The notes under the pieces: generated by a model
What the model was told of the DNA's origin: nothing
The model's database searches: none
The model's input: the letters and a program-made list of their open reading frames with translations, nothing else
Shown here: one piece after another, positions 59,762-64,000 of the stretch
Position numbering within the stretch: the stretch's first letter is position 1
Layout of the letters: each line of letters begins with the position of its first letter
Made by a program: the position numbers and the translations under genes
NCBI GenBank assembly: GCA_039586365.1
Contig: JBDHKN010000010.1
Span: 1-64,000, forward strand
Source of the DNA: Gemmatimonadota bacterium
Lineage (GTDB): Bacteria; Gemmatimonadota; Gemmatimonadetes; Gemmatimonadales; GWC2-71-9
Direction: 5' to 3'
Length of the DNA: 64,000 nt

Positions 59762-61612
59762 ATGGTCATTCTGGGCGTGAGCGGATTCGAGGAACGCGAC
59801 GGACGCGGCTTTGCACATCCATACGCTCATGCGCAGCCAGAATCTCCCTGTCCGTCGAGTTCCGCGGGCTCTCCAGTGCCACTGCGGTTTTTCCCTCTGC
59901 AACTGTTCGGGCACGATCATGCGGCCGCGTTGCTCGTCGACGGTGAGTTGGTGGCGTGTGCTGCCGAGGAGCGGTTCACCCGGATCAAGCACGGTTTCAA
60001 TCTGGCGGGCAGGACCGTGTTACCGCGGCGAGCGATGCGGTACTGCCTCGATGAGGCGGGCCTGGACTGGAGGGACGTCGACTACTGGGCGCACTACTGC
60101 CACTTCAACAGCGAAGGTGTGGCGTTTCGGCTGGAGAATGTCACACGACATCTCGGGTCTTCCGACCGCGAGATGATAGCGGATGAGTACGAGCGCGCAT
60201 ACCGGAATCGGGTCGCTCCCGAACTGGTGCGGACTCAGCTGGAGATGATCGCTGGCGTCTCGATACCCGAGGACCGTTTCATCCCGGTACCGCACCACCT
60301 GGCGCATGCTGCCGGGGCGTTTCACTCTGCGGGATTCGCAGAGTCTGCATGGCTTGTACTCGATGGCTATGGGGAGACCGACAGTTCGACTTGGGGACTG
60401 GGTACAGCCGATGGTCTCCGCGCGACGGGATCTACGCCGCTGCCGACGTCGCTGGGCGTGCTATATCAGATCATATCGTTTTATCTCGGATTCCGGGCGT
60501 TCGGCGACGAGTACAAGGTCATGGGGATGTCGGCGTACGGTGATCCGCGCTGCTACCGAGCGGTCTTCGACGAACTGGTGCAGGTCCGACCGGAGGGAGC
60601 CTTCGATACGACGGGCCTGACCCAGCCCGGGTTCGCTGAGCTGCTGACAGAGCGCATCGGTGAGATCCCTCGACCGGGCGCATACACCTGCAAGGCTGCC
60701 GACGTAGCGGCGGCGCTACAGACCAGGGTCGAAGAAGTGGTGCTGCACGTCGTCACACATCTGCGTGACAGGTTCGGACTCGGGCAGCTCTGCATATCCG
60801 GAGGTGTGGGGCTCAACGCGTGCGCGAACGGCGCTGTGGTGAGATCGGGCCTGATCGACCGGGTCTTCGTGCAACCGGCGGCGTCTGATGACGGGGCCAG
60901 CCTCGGGGCTGCGACATACGTCCACCACCATCTGACCGGAGCGCGACCGGTTCCGATCTATCACACGTACTGGGGGCCGTCGTATGACGACGAGAGAATC
61001 CGCGAGGCACTGGAGAGTGCCAGCGGGCTGCGGTGGGAGAAGAGGTGTGATGCGGAACGGGAAGCTGCCCGGCTTCTCGCTGACGACAAGATCGTGGGCT
61101 GGTTCCAGGGACGCATGGAAGTCGGTCCCCGCGCGCTCGGATCAAGGAGTATCCTCGCCAGCCCTCGCTCGATCGAGACGCGGGACGAAATCAATGCGCG
61201 TGTGAAGGGAAGAGAACCCTTCCGGCCGTTCGCGCCGAGCGTGCTCGATGACAACGCCTCAACCTACTTCGATCTGCCTGACCGTACGGCTGCTCCGTTC
61301 ATGGTCGTGACGTTCGAGACCCGCGAGTCCGTTCGCAAAGAGATTCCCGGCGTCGTGCATGTCGACGGATCTGCGCGCGTACAGACCGTCAGCAAGAAAG
61401 ACAACCCACGGTACTATAGATTGCTGCATCAGTTTGCTGTTCTCACCGGATTACCGGTTCTCTTGAATACCTCGTTCAACCGCGCCGGCGAACCCATCGT
61501 CTGCTCACCGGATGACGCGGTTAGGTGCTTTCTCGCAAGTGGCCTCGACGCACTCGTGATCGGTGACTACGTGGCTGTTCCCGAAAACGGGGTGAGAGGA
61601 GAGCGACGGTGA
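59762..61612 (+). CDS. NodU/CmcH-family O-carbamoyltransferase
   Basis: HDHAAAL, EERFTRIKH, HHLAHA, EYKVMG, GPRALG.RS, K.RE.FRPFAP, HVDGSARVQ and LNTSFN. Confidence 0.94.
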   Translation: MVILGVSGFEERDGRGFAHPYAHAQPESPCPSSSAGSPVPLRFFPLQLFGHDHAAALLVDGELVACAAEERFTRIKHGFNLAGRTVLPRRAMRYCLDEAGLDWRDVDYWAHYCHFNSEGVAFRLENVTRHLGSSDREMIADEYERAYRNRVAPELVRTQLEMIAGVSIPEDRFIPVPHHLAHAAGAFHSAGFAESAWLVLDGYGETDSSTWGLGTADGLRATGSTPLPTSLGVLYQIISFYLGFRAFGDEYKVMGMSAYGDPRCYRAVFDELVQVRPEGAFDTTGLTQPGFAELLTERIGEIPRPGAYTCKAADVAAALQTRVEEVVLHVVTHLRDRFGLGQLCISGGVGLNACANGAVVRSGLIDRVFVQPAASDDGASLGAATYVHHHLTGARPVPIYHTYWGPSYDDERIREALESASGLRWEKRCDAEREAARLLADDKIVGWFQGRMEVGPRALGSRSILASPRSIETRDEINARVKGREPFRPFAPSVLDDNASTYFDLPDRTAAPFMVVTFETRESVRKEIPGVVHVDGSARVQTVSKKDNPRYYRLLHQFAVLTGLPVLLNTSFNRAGEPIVCSPDDAVRCFLASGLDALVIGDYVAVPENGVRGERR

Positions 61613-64000
61613 GTGGCCGCACCGTTGACGTGGCGCTCGACATCGGGTCGTCGAGCGTGAAAGCCCTCGCTGAGACTGGTGGCGGGAAAGTCGTGGCGCA
61701 ACTCTACCGGCCTATTCGGGGTCAGTTGGACGCCACTCTGATCTCGCTCCTCGACCACCTTGCCTCCATCGTGCCGCCGCACCGTTGCATAGTCACGGCC
61801 TTCACGGGCTCGAGCGCGCGGCCATACGCCGAAGCTCTCGGCATCCCCGAAGTAAACGACATTGTCGCGGTGTACCGCGGAGTGCAGCGCCTCGGCTTGA
61901 GCGCCGGAGCGATTCTCGAGATCGGCGGTGAGCACTCCAAGTTTGTGCGGCTGAGTCCCGCACCGACCAACGGCAGACGGACCCTGCGGGATTTCCAGGT
62001 GAACTCCGTGTGTTCGGCAGGTACGGGGGCTTTTCTTGAGCAGGAGGCTCACCGTCTCGACTTGTCGATTGATGAGTTCAGCGAGCACGCGTGCTCAGCG
62101 AGACATGCCATCAAGGTCGCGGGGCGGTGTGCCGTCTTCGCGAAGACCGACATCGTCCACCGACATCAGACCGGCGTACCGGTGGAGGACATAGCCTACT
62201 CGCTGTGCCAAGCCATCGCCCGCCACGTCGCGGCCGAGCTTATCCGGGGACGGCAGTTCGATGTGCCCGTAGTGTTTGTCGGCGGTGTCGCGTCCAACAC
62301 CGGAATGCAGCGCGCGTTGCGCGAAGTGCTGCAACTGGATGACGGCGGGTTGGAGGTACCGGCGCTACACGTCTTCGCCGATGCACTTGGCGCGCTGGAG
62401 GTGGTTCGTTGCGAAGCTGCGAGTCCCGGGCGGGATCTCCAGTGTCTGACAGAGCTGGTGGGGCGCAGGTTGAGCGAGCGTACGAATGCGCCGCGGAAGC
62501 GACCGTCGCTGGCGGCGTTAACGGCAGGTTTACCGGCGGCTCCACGGGTGAAAGGCAGGGCGGGCGGGAGAGTCCGGCCGGGGGGCATGCTGGGCATCGA
62601 CATCGGGTCGACCAGCACGAATGCCGCATACCTCTCAGCATACGGGGAGGTCCAGGACTACATCACCGTCCCGACTCGCGGCCGTGTGCTCGCGGCGGCC
62701 CACACGTGTCTTGGGGAACTCGAGGGACGCTGCCGTGACTTTGAACCTGCGGCCGTCGGAGTCACAGGATCGGGTCGTAGGCTGGTGGCGGAGATGCTGA
62801 GCGCTGACTTGGCCGTTGACGAAATCACGGCTCATGCGGCTGGCGGCCTGCAATACGTGCCGCACGCACGGACGATCTTCGACATCGGCGGACAGGACTC
62901 GAAGTTCATTCAGCTAAGCGACGGTGGAGTGGTGGGTTTTGAGATGAATAAGGTCTGCGCTGCCGGGACGGGGTCGTTCATCGAGGAGATGGCCGAGCTG
63001 CTCGGTCTTGCCATTATCGGTGAGTTTGCGGATGAGGCGCTGCGCTCAGAGGCACCGGTGGAGCTGGGAGAACGCTGCACGGTGTTCATGGGGTCGGAGC
63101 TGGCGCGTCGGCTGCAGGAAGGGTGTTCTCGCCAGGATCTGGCGGCAGGCCTGTGCTACGCGGTCGTGCACAACTACCTGTCGCGAGTCGTGGGTAGGCA
63201 TCGAGTAGGCCGTCCAGTGGTGTTCCAGGGTGGTGTGGCCAACAACGAAGCAGTCGTGGCGGCGCTGGAAAACGTGCTGCAGCACGAAGTCCAGGTTCAT
63301 CCGTTCAACGAGATCGCCGGCGCAATTGGGGCGGCACTGCTCGCGGCGCGAAACAAGGGGGGGATACCGTCGAGCTTTCGCGGCGCTATGACCATCGATC
63401 CCGAGTCGATCCGCTCGAGCTATTTCGACTGTCAGCGCTGCGCCAATCAGTGCACGATCCATCTGACGAGGAGCGGTGTCGGGAAGAAGTTCTTCTCGGG
63501 AGGGCTGTGCGATCGCTTCGATGGGCGCACGGCGGAACGAGGGCAGCGGATCAGTGTCGTGACCGACTTCTTCGCCGATCGGGAGCAGCTGCTGCGCCAG
63601 TGGTTGCAGCCGGCACCGAACGGTGCAGCAGCCGAGTTGGGGATTCCCATGGCACTGCTGCAGCACGATATGCTGCCCTACTGGAGCGTCTTCCTCAACC
63701 GACTCGGCATATCGTACCAACTGTCGTGGCCTACGACTCGACAGACGATGGAAGCAGGTGCCGGCTCGAGTTACGCCAACACCTGCCTGCCACTCAAGGT
63801 GGCATACGGCCACTGCGCGGAACTGATCGATCGAGGATCAAACCGCCTTCTGCTCCCATCGGTCGCGAATCTCGGCAGCCGCACCGTCAACGAGCGACTC
63901 GATCACCTGTGTCCGGCTGTGCAGGCGTGGCCGTTCACTGCCAAGGCGATCTTCGGTTCTGACGTCGAGTTCCTGACGCCACGGATCAGGTTCTCAATTC
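61609..64000 (+). CDS. Multidomain acyl-CoA dehydratase activase (two BadF/BadG ASKHA ATPase domains plus a downstream dehydratase/reductase-like domain), PlsA/Ger-like; runs off the window
   Basis: Missing from the ORF track because it has no stop in the window. Manual translation from GTG 61609: ALDIGSSSVK, EIGGEHSK, CSAGTGAFLE, AGRCAVFAK, LGIDIGSTS, DEITAH, DIGGQDSK, MNKVCAAGTGSF, GERCTVF, CQRCANQC, LGIPMAL, CLPLK. Confidence 0.9.
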   Translation, partial: MSGRTVDVALDIGSSSVKALAETGGGKVVAQLYRPIRGQLDATLISLLDHLASIVPPHRCIVTAFTGSSARPYAEALGIPEVNDIVAVYRGVQRLGLSAGAILEIGGEHSKFVRLSPAPTNGRRTLRDFQVNSVCSAGTGAFLEQEAHRLDLSIDEFSEHACSARHAIKVAGRCAVFAKTDIVHRHQTGVPVEDIAYSLCQAIARHVAAELIRGRQFDVPVVFVGGVASNTGMQRALREVLQLDDGGLEVPALHVFADALGALEVVRCEAASPGRDLQCLTELVGRRLSERTNAPRKRPSLAALTAGLPAAPRVKGRAGGRVRPGGMLGIDIGSTSTNAAYLSAYGEVQDYITVPTRGRVLAAAHTCLGELEGRCRDFEPAAVGVTGSGRRLVAEMLSADLAVDEITAHAAGGLQYVPHARTIFDIGGQDSKFIQLSDGGVVGFEMNKVCAAGTGSFIEEMAELLGLAIIGEFADEALRSEAPVELGERCTVFMGSELARRLQEGCSRQDLAAGLCYAVVHNYLSRVVGRHRVGRPVVFQGGVANNEAVVAALENVLQHEVQVHPFNEIAGAIGAALLAARNKGGIPSSFRGAMTIDPESIRSSYFDCQRCANQCTIHLTRSGVGKKFFSGGLCDRFDGRTAERGQRISVVTDFFADREQLLRQWLQPAPNGAAAELGIPMALLQHDMLPYWSVFLNRLGISYQLSWPTTRQTMEAGAGSSYANTCLPLKVAYGHCAELIDRGSNRLLLPSVANLGSRTVNERLDHLCPAVQAWPFTAKAIFGSDVEFLTPRIRFSI

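Noticed and set aside
32044..61612. Functional link between HypF and the NodU-type carbamoyltransferase
   Set aside because: They share chemistry, but each sits in its own coherent operon about 25 kb apart.
1..64000. CRISPR arrays, tRNA/rRNA genes, transposases, integrases or phage genes
   Set aside because: None seen by eye; short structured RNAs could have been missed without a covariance search.

Overview
GC-rich bacterial window with about 56 coding regions and no recognisable rRNA, tRNA, CRISPR array or mobile element. The PepSY protein and short HypA suggest Gemmatimonadota, but that is only an impression. The window has four blocks. (1) 1-14 kb is a signalling/stress island: three histidine kinases, receiver-only regulators, a REC-SLC13/DASS transporter fusion, CBS, CGGC, USP, BON and PepSY proteins, and a FixL/FixJ-like pair. 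One kinase is broken by two homopolymer frameshifts. (2) 14.2-36.9 kb holds a Hyf/Hyc-type group 4 membrane [NiFe]-hydrogenase operon. Its input module is an FdhF-like protein lacking the Mo ligand and catalytic residues, plus a sulfhydrogenase beta/gamma (AsrA/AsrB-like) NAD(P)H module. A two-component system and hypABFCDE (zinc-finger-less HypA) follow. (3) 37-50.4 kb encodes exported hydrolases and transport proteins: SurE, MscS, an APC-USP fusion, M24 and M1 peptidases, a serine hydrolase and CorA. (4) 50.7-64 kb is the start of an uncharacterised biosynthetic cluster running off the window: MMPL exporter, PPTase, SDR, ACP, two B12 radical SAM enzymes, FkbH, methyltransferase, carbamoyltransferase and a PlsA/Ger-like activase. 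A 14-bp motif TASGTA-N4-CCRY recurs seven times in the promoter regions of blocks 1-2. All calls come from motif reading by eye, with no database searches.
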